A stretch of 64,000 nucleotides of DNA from Verrucomicrobiia bacterium (GTDB lineage Bacteria; Verrucomicrobiota; Verrucomicrobiia; Limisphaerales; UBA1319), in the NCBI GenBank assembly GCA_963664225.1, contig OY760937.1, positions 2,400,001-2,464,000 on the forward strand, written 5' to 3'. The translations under genes and the position numbers were made by a program. Below the pieces are notes generated by a model. The model searched no databases, had not been told where the DNA came from, and saw only the letters and a list, made by a program, of their open reading frames with translations. Of the stretch, positions 19,002 to 28,657 are shown in pieces. How positions within the stretch are numbered: position 1 is the stretch's first letter; each line of letters starts with the position of its first letter.

Positions 19002-20755
19002 GAAAATCCAATTACGATAAATTTCCCGTGGTGGCCGTTCCAGACACCGCAGAGGCCTGCGTCACGGGTTGGACCGGAATCGTGGATTGCCTTCGCGATG
19101 CCATCCATAAACGATCCTCCCGCAAGACGGTGCTTGTTGTGGAATGCTATGCCGGGGTCGATGAGGACCAGCTTCTTCGCGAATTACAGACTGGTCTAAA
19201 GCCTTCCAGGATTATCCATGCCGCGCAGGGCCTGTTCTCCCCCGCGCAGATTGACCGGCTGGTGGAACCTTTTCTGGGAGGCGATGATCCTGTCTTTGGA
19301 TTCCTCTCCGGATTAACCCTTCCCCAGTTTTTCGATCCTGAAAAAGTCGGCCACTTTCGTCAAAAGATCGAAACGGTCGAACAGGGATTGGTGCTGGTTG
19401 TGGGGTGCGGCGCCGCGGTGTTGGCCCAAGGCGATCTCCTGGTTTATGCCGACCTGGCGCGATGGGAGGCGCAACTGCGATTCCGCCGGCACGTGACCGG
19501 CAACCTGGGGGCTGCTAACAAAGCCCAAGGCGCCGGACTCAAATACAAACGCGCTTTCTTTATCGACTGGCGTGTCTGCGATCGATGGAAGCGTAAACTC
19601 ATGTCACAATGTGACTTTGTCCTGGACACCAATAATCGCACCGAACCCAAAATGGCCACAGGGGACGCCGTGCGAAAAGGGTTGCAGCATGCCGCGACCC
19701 GCCCGTTCCGTGTAGTCCCTTTTTTCGATCCCGCACCCTGGGGCGGTCAATGGATGAAAACTGTTTGCGACCTCGACCCATCGGCTCCCAATTACGGCTG
19801 GTGCTTTGACTGCGTGCCGGAGGAGAACAGCCTGCTGCTCGGATTCGGTGAGGCCCGTTTTGAAATCCCCTCCATCGACCTGGTGTTTGCGCATCCCCGC
19901 GAGCTTCTGGGTGACGCCGTGCATGCCCGTTTCGGGGATGAGTTTCCCATTCGCTTCGATTTTCTGGATACGATGCAGGGGGGCTGTCTATCGTTCCAGG
20001 TCCATCCTTTGACCGAATACATCCAGCACCACTTCGGCATGCACTACACTCAGGACGAAAGCTATTACCTCCTGGACGCCGCGCCCGACGCCCATGTCTA
20101 TCTCGGACTCCGCAAAGACTGCAATCGCGGGGAAATGATCCGGGACCTGACCCTCGCGCAGACGGGAGCGATCCATTTCCCAGTGGAGAAATATTCCAAC
20201 AAATGGCCCGCTCGAAAACATGACCATTTCCTGATACCGGCCGGAACCCCGCATTGCTCAGGAGCCAGCGCGATGGTCCTGGAGATCAGCGCCACCCCAT
20301 ATATCTTCACCTTCAAAATGTGGGACTGGGGACGCCTGGGTCTCGATGGCAAACCCCGTCCCATTCACCTCGATCATGGCCTGGCGAATATTCAATGGGA
20401 CCGCACAACAGACTGGGTGAAAAACGAGCTCATCAATCGATTCACGCCCCTTCGCAATGGCGAAGGGTGGCGCGAGGAATCCACCGGCCTGCATGCGCGG
20501 GAATTTATCGAAACGCGCCGCGGCTGGTTTACCGGTGTGATGCCCCATGAAGCAGGCCATGAGGTCAATGTCCTCAACCTGGTGCAGGGGGACGAGGCCA
20601 TCATCGAAAGCCCGGATGGCCGCTTCGAGCCATTCATCGTTCATTACGCCGAAACCTTCATCGTTCCCGCAGCCGCGGGAGCCTATACCATCCGCCCCCA
20701 TGGCCGGGCGGCAGGCTCCGAATGCGCCATCGTGAAGGCCTTTGTTCGCACCTGA
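18998..20755 (+). CDS. Class I mannose-6-phosphate isomerase-like protein with an N-terminal extension of about 230 aa
   Basis: PWGGQW, LSFQVHP, ESYY, AGTPH (Q/H/E/H metal ligands); ATGA overlap with the kinase gene. Confidence 0.82.
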   Translation: MRKSNYDKFPVVAVPDTAEACVTGWTGIVDCLRDAIHKRSSRKTVLVVECYAGVDEDQLLRELQTGLKPSRIIHAAQGLFSPAQIDRLVEPFLGGDDPVFGFLSGLTLPQFFDPEKVGHFRQKIETVEQGLVLVVGCGAAVLAQGDLLVYADLARWEAQLRFRRHVTGNLGAANKAQGAGLKYKRAFFIDWRVCDRWKRKLMSQCDFVLDTNNRTEPKMATGDAVRKGLQHAATRPFRVVPFFDPAPWGGQWMKTVCDLDPSAPNYGWCFDCVPEENSLLLGFGEARFEIPSIDLVFAHPRELLGDAVHARFGDEFPIRFDFLDTMQGGCLSFQVHPLTEYIQHHFGMHYTQDESYYLLDAAPDAHVYLGLRKDCNRGEMIRDLTLAQTGAIHFPVEKYSNKWPARKHDHFLIPAGTPHCSGASAMVLEISATPYIFTFKMWDWGRLGLDGKPRPIHLDHGLANIQWDRTTDWVKNELINRFTPLRNGEGWREESTGLHAREFIETRRGWFTGVMPHEAGHEVNVLNLVQGDEAIIESPDGRFEPFIVHYAETFIVPAAAGAYTIRPHGRAAGSECAIVKAFVRT

Positions 20756-20836
20756 ATGAGGCTGCAACCTTGCAGGCTATTCGAATCCGGAGCCGGGCCC
20801 ATCCAAGGCGGCATCGCTTTGGTCAATTCGCATCCG

Positions 20837-20874
20837 TTGACATATTTTATTTCGTGAGACATATTTGTATCACG
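20837..20874 (+). promoter_or_regulatory. Sigma70-like promoter with an overlapping inverted-repeat operator of the TA operon
   Basis: TTGACA-17bp-CATATT; inverted repeat CGTGAgACA-tatt-TGTaTCACG (20853-20874) ends at the ATG. Confidence 0.6.
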
Positions 20875-21129
20875 ATGAAGGAAGCAACCGTAAGGGATTT
20901 GAGAAATCGGTTTGCGCTTGTTGCCGCGTGGATCAATGAGGGCGAACCCGTGGAAATTACGCGCAGGGGAAAAGTGTTTGCTCGATTGGTGCCGGCGAAA
21001 CCCGAAAAGCAGGGCCGTTTTAAAATGCCGGACATCATGGCGCGCTTAAATCAAACATTCGGCGATAGACTCTACCACGCCGATGACATGGCGCGGGGAT
21101 TGGCTGAAAGCCGGGGGAATCGTTCATGA
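20875..21129 (+). CDS. Phd/YefM-family antitoxin
   Basis: MKEATVRDLRNRF...GEPVEITRRGKVFARLVP; overlaps the toxin gene. Confidence 0.88.
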   Translation: MKEATVRDLRNRFALVAAWINEGEPVEITRRGKVFARLVPAKPEKQGRFKMPDIMARLNQTFGDRLYHADDMARGLAESRGNRS

Positions 21130-21578
21130 AAGCCTATCCGGATACTAGTTTCCTGTGTGCATTTTATGTAAGGCAGTCAAATTCGCTGGCGGCAACAAGG
21201 TATGCGGCGGCAATGCGGGAACCGCTTTATATCACCGCCCTTTTGGCCTACGAATTCCGACAGTCTCTTCGTTTTCAAGTCTGGCGAAATCTTGCCAATC
21301 CCCGCGAAGGCATTTCCCTTGCGGATTCGCAGGCGGCCTTGAACCAATTTGATTCAGACCTGGCAGGCGGCGTTGCCGTTCTTGCGTCCTGCAATTACCA
21401 GGATGTCTTCAGCAGGGCCGATGCTTTGTCAAACCGCCATTCTTCCTCGGGCGGACACCGGAGTTTTGATATCCTTCATGTGGCAACCGCCTTGCATCTG
21501 GGCGCGCGCGAATTTCTGACCTTTGACCTCAACCAGCGAAAACTGGCATTGGCTGAGAAACTGAAGGTAAAGCCGTGA
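21126..21578 (+). CDS. vapC: PIN-domain (VapC-like) toxin
   Basis: YPDTSFL, YEF, SFDILHVATAL, FLTFD acidic PIN motifs. Confidence 0.88.
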   Translation: MKAYPDTSFLCAFYVRQSNSLAATRYAAAMREPLYITALLAYEFRQSLRFQVWRNLANPREGISLADSQAALNQFDSDLAGGVAVLASCNYQDVFSRADALSNRHSSSGGHRSFDILHVATALHLGAREFLTFDLNQRKLALAEKLKVKP

Positions 21579-21661
21579 TCGATCACGGTTCGCCTGTTCA
21601 GGGCACTCCTCACAAAGACCTGACGCACCTGCCCCCGCCTCGACATCATACGATAAAGTTT

Positions 21662-22780
21662 CTACCACGGCTTCTGCTCGTTTAAGGCGGCCACAATCGC
21701 GCGCTTTACCGCCAGTGCGTTGATGCTTCCCGATTCGTGATACACCACTTTGCCTTCCGGCGAGAGCAGCACCGTGTAGGGAATTTCCCCCTGCCAGTCC
21801 GGATCGAACGCGTTGATCAGGGATTCGCGGTCTGTGGAACCGAAGATCAGATTCCGGTTTGACGCATATTTCTTCTTCAGAAAACCCAGCACGCTTTTCT
21901 CTTCCTCGGGCCGGTTCATCGACACCGAAACAAACTCGAAATCGCGATGGCGATACATTCGGTTGATGGTCACAAACTCAGAGAACTCCACCATGCAGGG
22001 GGCGCAAGTGGTGGACCAGAAATTGACAAGGCGGAATTTCCCGGACTTGTTCTGGCGCAATTCCCGCAAGGCATTCGTATCCGCCAGGCTGAGTGTGACA
22101 GGCTCCGCATTCAGTTTGTCGATGAACGCCTGGGCGGCCTCGGCCTTTCCGGCCCATTTCACCGAGCACCCCACAACCTTCGTTTTCGTGACCGGCGGTT
22201 CCTTCCCGGCGAGCAATGCGTCCAGAGCATCGCGCACATACACCTTGCTCACACCCTTCACGCGCTCCGAATCGTCAATCGCCCCCACATACCGCAATTT
22301 GCGCTCCGCGTCGAAAATGAAAATATGCGGCGTTGCCACCGGGCCATAAGCATGAGCCGTCTCCTCGGTATCCCCGTCATAGAGATACGGAAAATTAAAG
22401 CCCCGGTCGCGCGCCCGGATTTTCATCTCCGCAAATGAATCGCTCAGATCGGCCCAGCCCAGTTCATCCAGCCTCACCGATTTGGGATCATTGGGCATGA
22501 TCGCAACCACAGCCACGCCCTTGGACTTGTAATCGTTGACCATGGCCTTGATCCGCTCCTCGTAGTACTGGGCCGTCGGGCAGTGGTTGCACGTGAAAAG
22601 GACCGCCAGAACTTTCGCCTCCTCGAAATCCTTCAGCGTGTAAGTGCGGTTGTCCACGCCGATCAGGCTGAAATCCGGTGCCTTCGCGCCGATGGCAAGG
22701 GTGGTGGGTTGATAATCTGCGGCGCAAACCGCCGCTGCTGACGCAAAGAAAACAGCCAGTGCCAGAGAGATCAGGTTCAT
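21662..22780 (-). CDS. Secreted double thioredoxin-fold (AhpC/TSA + TlpA-like) redoxin
   Basis: Signal peptide; GAKAPDF..FTCNHCP..GCSVKW domain followed by a VNFWSTTCAPC domain. Confidence 0.85.
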   Translation of the reverse strand: MNLISLALAVFFASAAAVCAADYQPTTLAIGAKAPDFSLIGVDNRTYTLKDFEEAKVLAVLFTCNHCPTAQYYEERIKAMVNDYKSKGVAVVAIMPNDPKSVRLDELGWADLSDSFAEMKIRARDRGFNFPYLYDGDTEETAHAYGPVATPHIFIFDAERKLRYVGAIDDSERVKGVSKVYVRDALDALLAGKEPPVTKTKVVGCSVKWAGKAEAAQAFIDKLNAEPVTLSLADTNALRELRQNKSGKFRLVNFWSTTCAPCMVEFSEFVTINRMYRHRDFEFVSVSMNRPEEEKSVLGFLKKKYASNRNLIFGSTDRESLINAFDPDWQGEIPYTVLLSPEGKVVYHESGSINALAVKRAIVAALNEQKPW

Positions 22781-22871
22781 GAACGCACATTACTCCCGCC
22801 AACCATGCTGGCAAGGAGAAGCCGGGCCAATCCGTTCATCGAACACCGTTCTGAAACTCCGATCCGCCGCC

Positions 22872-24023
22872 TTAATCCATGGGCAGGCGGGGACTTCCTC
22901 CGCTGAAAAGCCGTCCAAAAACCCCGCCCTCGTTTCGGTCGCATTCCATCAGCACATGCCGTATGGCGGAGGCGCGGTTATCCACGCCCATTTTCGGGAA
23001 CACGCGCTCCACATGTTTCTCCACGGTGCGAGTGCTGATCCCTAAAATCAGGCCAATCTCAGGATTGTTTTTTCCCTCAACGATCCAATGCAGCACTTCG
23101 GCCTCGCGCGCGGTCAACCCAAAACGGCTCGCAAAGCGTTCCGGCGTTCGCAGTTTCTCCTCCGTCAGCAGCAAACGTCCGCCATTGCCGCCATCCCCTT
23201 GAAAACGCACACGAAGAGTGGAATCGGGCTGGCCGATGTTGAGAACCTGGGGCGCGTCCATTGATCCCCCGGATTCCAAAGAGGCGCGAAATCGTTGCAT
23301 CCATTGAACCACCACGTCTGGAAGTTGTTTGGAACCTCCTGCGGCATTCGGGAAATAGCTGCGCAGCAGTTTCTCCGCCTGCGGGGTGAGCCAGACCACC
23401 TGGTGGCGCTCGTTGAGCTGGATCAATCCCACGGAGGCCGAGTCCAATGCCTCTGTCACCGTTTTGGCCCGTTGGTCCACTTCCACAAAGGCAGCGGCAT
23501 TCTGGCGGGCCTGATACAGATGGGGGCGCAGAAACTCCAGCACCACACGGTCGCGTTCGCTGAAATCCCTGTTCTTCCGGTTGACGGCCAGGGCAATATC
23601 GCAAGGTGCGCCACGTTCAGAGAGAAGGCAGCCCATCTGAAAATTGGTGTCCAGATGGCAATACACCTCCCGGTATAAGCTCATTTCCCGAAATTTTCGA
23701 TCACTGATGAAATCCGAAACCTTGCGCACAAAATCCTTCGAATGCGGCTGCCTGAAATATTGGAGCACCGGATGCTCACCCAAATGGGCATTCAACGGGG
23801 GGGTCAAATCCACCATCCTTTGCACCCAGGGGCGAATCACGATATACGTTTCGTTCGTTTTGGAATTAATTTCGTTGTAGGCTAGATGATCCGCGGGGAT
23901 CAATTGCGCAATGCCATCCAGAATTGTTTCCGGCAGCCGCTTCACATTCGAGGGACAGTAAAGCGTTTGCAGGAACCTGGATATGTTCACCAAGTCATTC
24001 TGTCTCAAGAGTTTTGCGCTCAT
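22872..24023 (-). CDS. LuxR-type HTH regulator with GAF/PAS-like N-terminal sensing region
   Basis: C-terminal LTAREAEVLHWIVEGKNNPEIGLILGISTRTVEKHV; RDFSERD motif; start uncertain. Confidence 0.85.
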   Translation of the reverse strand: MSAKLLRQNDLVNISRFLQTLYCPSNVKRLPETILDGIAQLIPADHLAYNEINSKTNETYIVIRPWVQRMVDLTPPLNAHLGEHPVLQYFRQPHSKDFVRKVSDFISDRKFREMSLYREVYCHLDTNFQMGCLLSERGAPCDIALAVNRKNRDFSERDRVVLEFLRPHLYQARQNAAAFVEVDQRAKTVTEALDSASVGLIQLNERHQVVWLTPQAEKLLRSYFPNAAGGSKQLPDVVVQWMQRFRASLESGGSMDAPQVLNIGQPDSTLRVRFQGDGGNGGRLLLTEEKLRTPERFASRFGLTAREAEVLHWIVEGKNNPEIGLILGISTRTVEKHVERVFPKMGVDNRASAIRHVLMECDRNEGGVFGRLFSGGSPRLPMD

Positions 24024-24092
24024 TTGAGTTTTTTGTCCGCACCGATTCTCCGGACTTGCACACGCGACTGGTTGCTCATCAAAGCAAAGCAC

Positions 24093-24110
24093 ATACGTGA
24101 GTCCACGTAT
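24093..24110. promoter_or_regulatory. Perfect inverted repeat upstream of the LuxR-type gene, candidate operator
   Basis: ATACGTG-agtc-CACGTAT in an AT-rich intergenic region. Confidence 0.5.
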
Positions 24111-24417
24111 AGACAAATAAATGACGAAGATGCATGGTGGAGAGTGCAGGGCGAAATTCTTCAGGAAATAATAAAAAGCTTTAAAACGCCAGGGAGGTGT
24201 ATGGGACGAATGAACACATTTGGCCCAAGGAGTTGATCCCGCGATTCGTCACTCTACCCCCAAAAAACTTAATTGGCACGAGCGGGGGGGATATTTTGGG
24301 TTACACCAAAAGTCATGTGCGCCCGTTTGACAACCAGATAAGTATGGAGGCCACCGCATTTATCAAACAGGCTCCAAGTCAAAACAGCCTTAAATCGGTT
24401 ACACATGCGGTCTGTTT

Positions 24418-24783
24418 ATGGCTCTGATTCCATGCCGCGAATGCGGAAAAAAAGTCAGCACTTTGGCGATTGCATGTCCTCACTGTGGAGCGCCGCCGGA
24501 TCCTGTCCCTGCCGCATCGCCTGTCATTGTCGTCCAAATCCCGCCGCCGCGTGAATCCTCTGTTTGTCCCTGCTGCGAAGGCGCCAGGCTTGTCTCCTGC
24601 CCGGATTGCGGGGGCACTCGAGAGCATGCATGCCCGATGTGCGATGGAATAGGAATTGATTTTGACGACTACTACTGCAGGCAATGTGAAGGAAGCCAGT
24701 CCGTTCCATGTTCCCATTGTGGCGGGAAAGGATGGCTCGATTGTCCGATGTGCAGTTTGCCACAAACCTCAATGCGCCGGTGA
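24418..24783 (+). CDS. Cys-rich protein: N-terminal zinc ribbon plus DnaJ-like CxxCxG repeats
   Basis: MALIPCRECG...ACPHCG, then CPCCEG, CPDCGG, CPMCDG, CRQCEG, CSHCGG, CPMC. Confidence 0.7.
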   Translation: MALIPCRECGKKVSTLAIACPHCGAPPDPVPAASPVIVVQIPPPRESSVCPCCEGARLVSCPDCGGTREHACPMCDGIGIDFDDYYCRQCEGSQSVPCSHCGGKGWLDCPMCSLPQTSMRR

Positions 24784-24908
24784 CGTAGATTCCGCTGCAA
24801 AGTGTGACCATCGTCCCTAATTCCACGTCAGAAAAACCAAAATCATCGCCATTCTCGGCCCCGCGACCAGCGCGCCGGAAATGATCGGACGCCCCATCAG
24901 CGTCGTTA

Positions 24909-27233
24909 TTAAACCTCCAGGACGGCCACTTCGTGGTCCAGCAGCGAACTCAGTTCGAACGAGGCCCAGCCGTTCTCAACCTTTGCGGTTTTCACTTCGC
25001 CCGAGACAAGCAGCTTCAAGGCTCCCGGTGTTGAATCCTTGGGCGGCCTTATTCTGATCTGCAGCGGGCCGACGGGGATCAGCTCATGGACCGGCGCGCG
25101 CCAGGTGCCTGCGCTGGTCAGATTGACCAAATGGAGGATAAGCCGGCCGGGCTGTTGGTAGAGCTCGCAATCGATCAGCCCGCGTCCCGTGACCTCGAGC
25201 GGAAGATGCCCCCCGGAGGCCCAGCGGACCAGGTTGGCCAGCAGATCCCCGTGGTCCGGCAGGTTTTCAGTGGCGAACCGGCGATCCACGTCGGCCGGCA
25301 AAAAGGCCACACGACCTTTGCCAGTCTCATTTAAAACCAAACCCGGAATCTTGGTTTGCGGCACGCGCATCCACGATGTTTCCGGTGGAAAGGCGGGAAA
25401 CGGGGGGATATAAGTCATCAAAACCTGTGCTTTGGGATCGACGGTCAGCGCCGCCAGCGTGCCTCCGAACGGCAGAATATCCGTTTCCTCGAAGCCCGCC
25501 AATATGGGATGGCGTTCCCCAGTGATGGCCGGTTCGTTGCCTGCCTTCGGGCCATTCACCCGCCCGCGCAGCTCTGGCGTCAGCCTCAAATAGCTGTGGC
25601 TGGTTCCGGCCAGGCGGCTGCCTGAGTCTTCTTCGTTGGCCGCGCGTCGTGTCCGGCCTCCGCTCACGCCAAAAAGTTCGGCCAGGGCATAATCGGGACG
25701 AGGATCGCCCCATTCATCATAGAGGCTGGTCTCTCCGGTCGCGATCACGGTCCCGCCGCGCTCGCAAAACTGTCGCACGGACGCCGCCTGCGCATCGGAC
25801 ATTGCGCCCAGGTTCGGAAGGATCAACACGGAAAGTCCGGGGGCCTCCCGCTCGATATGGTCAACATGCACAGGCAGCCAGGGAATGCGGGCCCTCACCA
25901 GGGCCTGGGAGAAACCGCGCCAGGGCTGGTCCACCAGTTCCTCGGGATGATTGCGTCCGTAAAAATCGGCGTTCCGCTGCGCCCACACCATCCCCACGGT
26001 TGCGAGCGGACGGCGGTTGTGCAGGTACTGTTGATTGGCTTTATGCCACTTGAGAATGGGCTCGGCAGTGTGATACATGCGGCGGTCCTCGTGGTAGGCG
26101 CTGATATGATGCCACCACGGATCGATGCCCCCCGCGAACCCGGCCAGCATCCACATGCGGGCCTCCGGCTCGGGCTTGCTGGACAGGCGGAACGTCGGCC
26201 GGCCCATCTGGTACAGGGGCATGCTTTCGGGAATGAGTTTGTCCCAGCCCAGCAAACCGTGAAGCATTTTCCCGGTCTCGCAATTGTTCTGGAAGCCCCC
26301 GGAATCGCTGCGCGCCTGATGGTCGAGCATGAGGATTTCAGTACGTTCGCAGATCGCCTTGCAGTCCCGGAAATCACGGCATTGGCTGCTGATGCTGCCG
26401 CTGTTCATGCCGAGCCAGAGACAATCCGGTCCGCCGGCGGCCCTGGTCACGGCCGTGTTCAAATCCCAAAGTTCCAACCGGCGCGCATAGCTCCAGAGGA
26501 TCCACTGCCGATAGACCGGATCGTTCCAGTCATGGCCTTTGGGCAAATCCTGGCCGCTGCGCTCCTTGAACCGACGGGCGCAGTGCGGACAGTGGCAGAC
26601 GCTATCGCGCCCAAGCCCGCTCCAACTGTTGTCGGTCACACCTTCCGGGTGGGAGCGTTCGATGATCTCACGCAGTATCCCGGGCAGATACTCGTCGTAA
26701 TACGGGCTGCTGATGCAGGTGATGAAATACTCGCCCGACCTGTAGGGCTTGCCGTTGGCATCGATGGCGAACCAGTCCGGATGCGCCCGATACAGCGCCT
26801 CATGCGCCTTGTTCGAGTCCATGCGCGCCAGCACTGCGAGTCCGTCCTCGTGGGCCGCGCGGGCCAGTTCACCGTAAAGATCACGGTCGCCCAAACTTTC
26901 AGGCCGGTGATGCAACGGAAATTTGCTCGGATAATAGGCGTAAATCCCACCGGCATTGATGATGACCCCCTGAACTTCCGTGCGTTTCCAATACTGCCGC
27001 CACCAGGATATGTCGTAGCGGGCCGGATCGATCTCCGTGATGTTCGTCTGGCCCCAGCGATAAACACGCCGATGCCAGGGCGCTTCAGCCCCGACCACCG
27101 CTTTCGACGGCTCCTCGCCAATCAGTGTCGTCGCGCCGGCCAGCCCTGCAGTCGCTGCCGCAGTGAGCTTCAGAAATTCGCGGCGTGTCGTGAATTGTGG
27201 GCGGATTGGATCGGAATTTTTCATATCGGTCAT
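24909..27233 (-). CDS. Tat-exported GHL6-like (hypothetical glycosyl hydrolase 6) protein with a GH42-type trimerisation domain
   Basis: TTRREFLK twin-arginine signal; AYYPSK..RDLYGEL..AH; LILPNLGAMSD..GG..IATGETSLYDE. Confidence 0.75.
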   Translation of the reverse strand: MTDMKNSDPIRPQFTTRREFLKLTAAATAGLAGATTLIGEEPSKAVVGAEAPWHRRVYRWGQTNITEIDPARYDISWWRQYWKRTEVQGVIINAGGIYAYYPSKFPLHHRPESLGDRDLYGELARAAHEDGLAVLARMDSNKAHEALYRAHPDWFAIDANGKPYRSGEYFITCISSPYYDEYLPGILREIIERSHPEGVTDNSWSGLGRDSVCHCPHCARRFKERSGQDLPKGHDWNDPVYRQWILWSYARRLELWDLNTAVTRAAGGPDCLWLGMNSGSISSQCRDFRDCKAICERTEILMLDHQARSDSGGFQNNCETGKMLHGLLGWDKLIPESMPLYQMGRPTFRLSSKPEPEARMWMLAGFAGGIDPWWHHISAYHEDRRMYHTAEPILKWHKANQQYLHNRRPLATVGMVWAQRNADFYGRNHPEELVDQPWRGFSQALVRARIPWLPVHVDHIEREAPGLSVLILPNLGAMSDAQAASVRQFCERGGTVIATGETSLYDEWGDPRPDYALAELFGVSGGRTRRAANEEDSGSRLAGTSHSYLRLTPELRGRVNGPKAGNEPAITGERHPILAGFEETDILPFGGTLAALTVDPKAQVLMTYIPPFPAFPPETSWMRVPQTKIPGLVLNETGKGRVAFLPADVDRRFATENLPDHGDLLANLVRWASGGHLPLEVTGRGLIDCELYQQPGRLILHLVNLTSAGTWRAPVHELIPVGPLQIRIRPPKDSTPGALKLLVSGEVKTAKVENGWASFELSSLLDHEVAVLEV

Positions 27234-27543
27234 TTTCTCCACAGTAATGCAGACGGGGCGTTGTGGTCGCAACCATCAGTTAACGACATCAAATGAAATG
27301 CCGGAAGGAGCTCAGTGGGAATTGGAAACAAAGCGATTGGCACTTTTGGAAAGGCAAGTGCTGCCTTCAGCGGACTCGGGACCGAGCTTGATTCCATGGC
27401 CCCCATGCTATCACGGGGGCCCTTACATGTCTCGATCTGTTGAGGAGGAATTTTCGGTGCGGAAGCAGCCCGTTTTTTCCAGCCGCTTCCAGCCAGTGCT
27501 CCCTGAATGGTGAATGTCCCGGGCGCCGGTTTCGCAGAGGACT

Positions 27544-28614
27544 CTAATTCCTCTGATGGTTAATCGCCAGCTCCTCCGGAGTCACCACCAGCTCCAGTTT
27601 TTCTGTGTGCCGAACCACGGTGATGGTCGATGATACTCCAATCACATCGGCCACAAGGAGACGATGCAATTCATCGATCCCCGACACCGGCTCGCCCCGA
27701 AACAGGACGATGACATCCCCCTCCCGCAAACCCGCGCGGCTTGCAGGACTGCCGGGCTCCATGCCGGCCACCAGCACGCCATGATCCACGGGCAGCCGGT
27801 GGAACACCACCACCCGCCGGTGAATGGGAACATTCTGGCCCGCAACCCCGATCCAACTGCGGCGGATGAAACCTTCCTTGATCAGCCACGCCGTCACAAA
27901 TTCGGCCGTGTTGCTGGCGATGGCAAAACAGATCCCCTGCGCCGGGAGGATGATCGCCGTGTTCACGCCGATGATCTCCCCGCGTGAATTGACCAGCGGG
28001 CCGCCCGAGTTGCCAGGATTCAGCGCCGCATCGGTCTGGATGACATTATCGATCAACCGACCCGACTGCGCCCGCATCGAGCGTCCCAGGGCGCTCACCA
28101 CCCCGGCGGTCACGGTTTGCTGAAAACCAAATGGACTCCCGATGGCAATGGCGATCTGCCCGACCCGGATGGATTTGGAATCTCCAAAATGGGCATGCAC
28201 GAGTTGGGAGGCATTGATGCGGATGACCGCCAGATCGGTCTCGGGATCGTCGCCAACGAGGCTGGCATCGAACACGCGCCCGTCCGCCAGGGTTACCTCC
28301 AGACGACCCGCCCCATGAACCACATGGCTGTTGGTCAGGATGTAGCCATCCGGCGCAATGATGAAACCCGAACCGCTGCCCCCGGACTCGGAGCCGGCTT
28401 TCCTCTCACCGCTGGCCGTCCGCGCACGAATGTTCACCACCGTGCGCCCCACTTTCTCAACCACGCTCGCTACGGTTCTGGAATAGCTGTCCAGCAGGGC
28501 GTCGTCGCCTGATGCGGATTGGACCCGCGATTCAGCGACGACGGAACCGCTTCCATCCAGCGTGCGAACCATGCTGGGGGCTTGAAGCCCCTCAAAGGCA
28601 CTGTGGATTTTCAT
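27544..28614 (-). CDS. HtrA/DegP-like serine protease with one PDZ domain, no obvious signal peptide
   Basis: GSGFII, LTNSHVV, TDLAV, IQTDAALNPGNSGGPL; PDZ with SPASRAGL. Confidence 0.92.
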   Translation of the reverse strand: MKIHSAFEGLQAPSMVRTLDGSGSVVAESRVQSASGDDALLDSYSRTVASVVEKVGRTVVNIRARTASGERKAGSESGGSGSGFIIAPDGYILTNSHVVHGAGRLEVTLADGRVFDASLVGDDPETDLAVIRINASQLVHAHFGDSKSIRVGQIAIAIGSPFGFQQTVTAGVVSALGRSMRAQSGRLIDNVIQTDAALNPGNSGGPLVNSRGEIIGVNTAIILPAQGICFAIASNTAEFVTAWLIKEGFIRRSWIGVAGQNVPIHRRVVVFHRLPVDHGVLVAGMEPGSPASRAGLREGDVIVLFRGEPVSGIDELHRLLVADVIGVSSTITVVRHTEKLELVVTPEELAINHQRN

Positions 28615-28657
28615 ATTCTTTCTGCCAGCTTGACTGGCGCAATTTGGATTTTGGGAG

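Noticed and set aside
24273..24290. TTGGCACG sigma54-like -24 element
   Set aside because: No matching -12 TTGC
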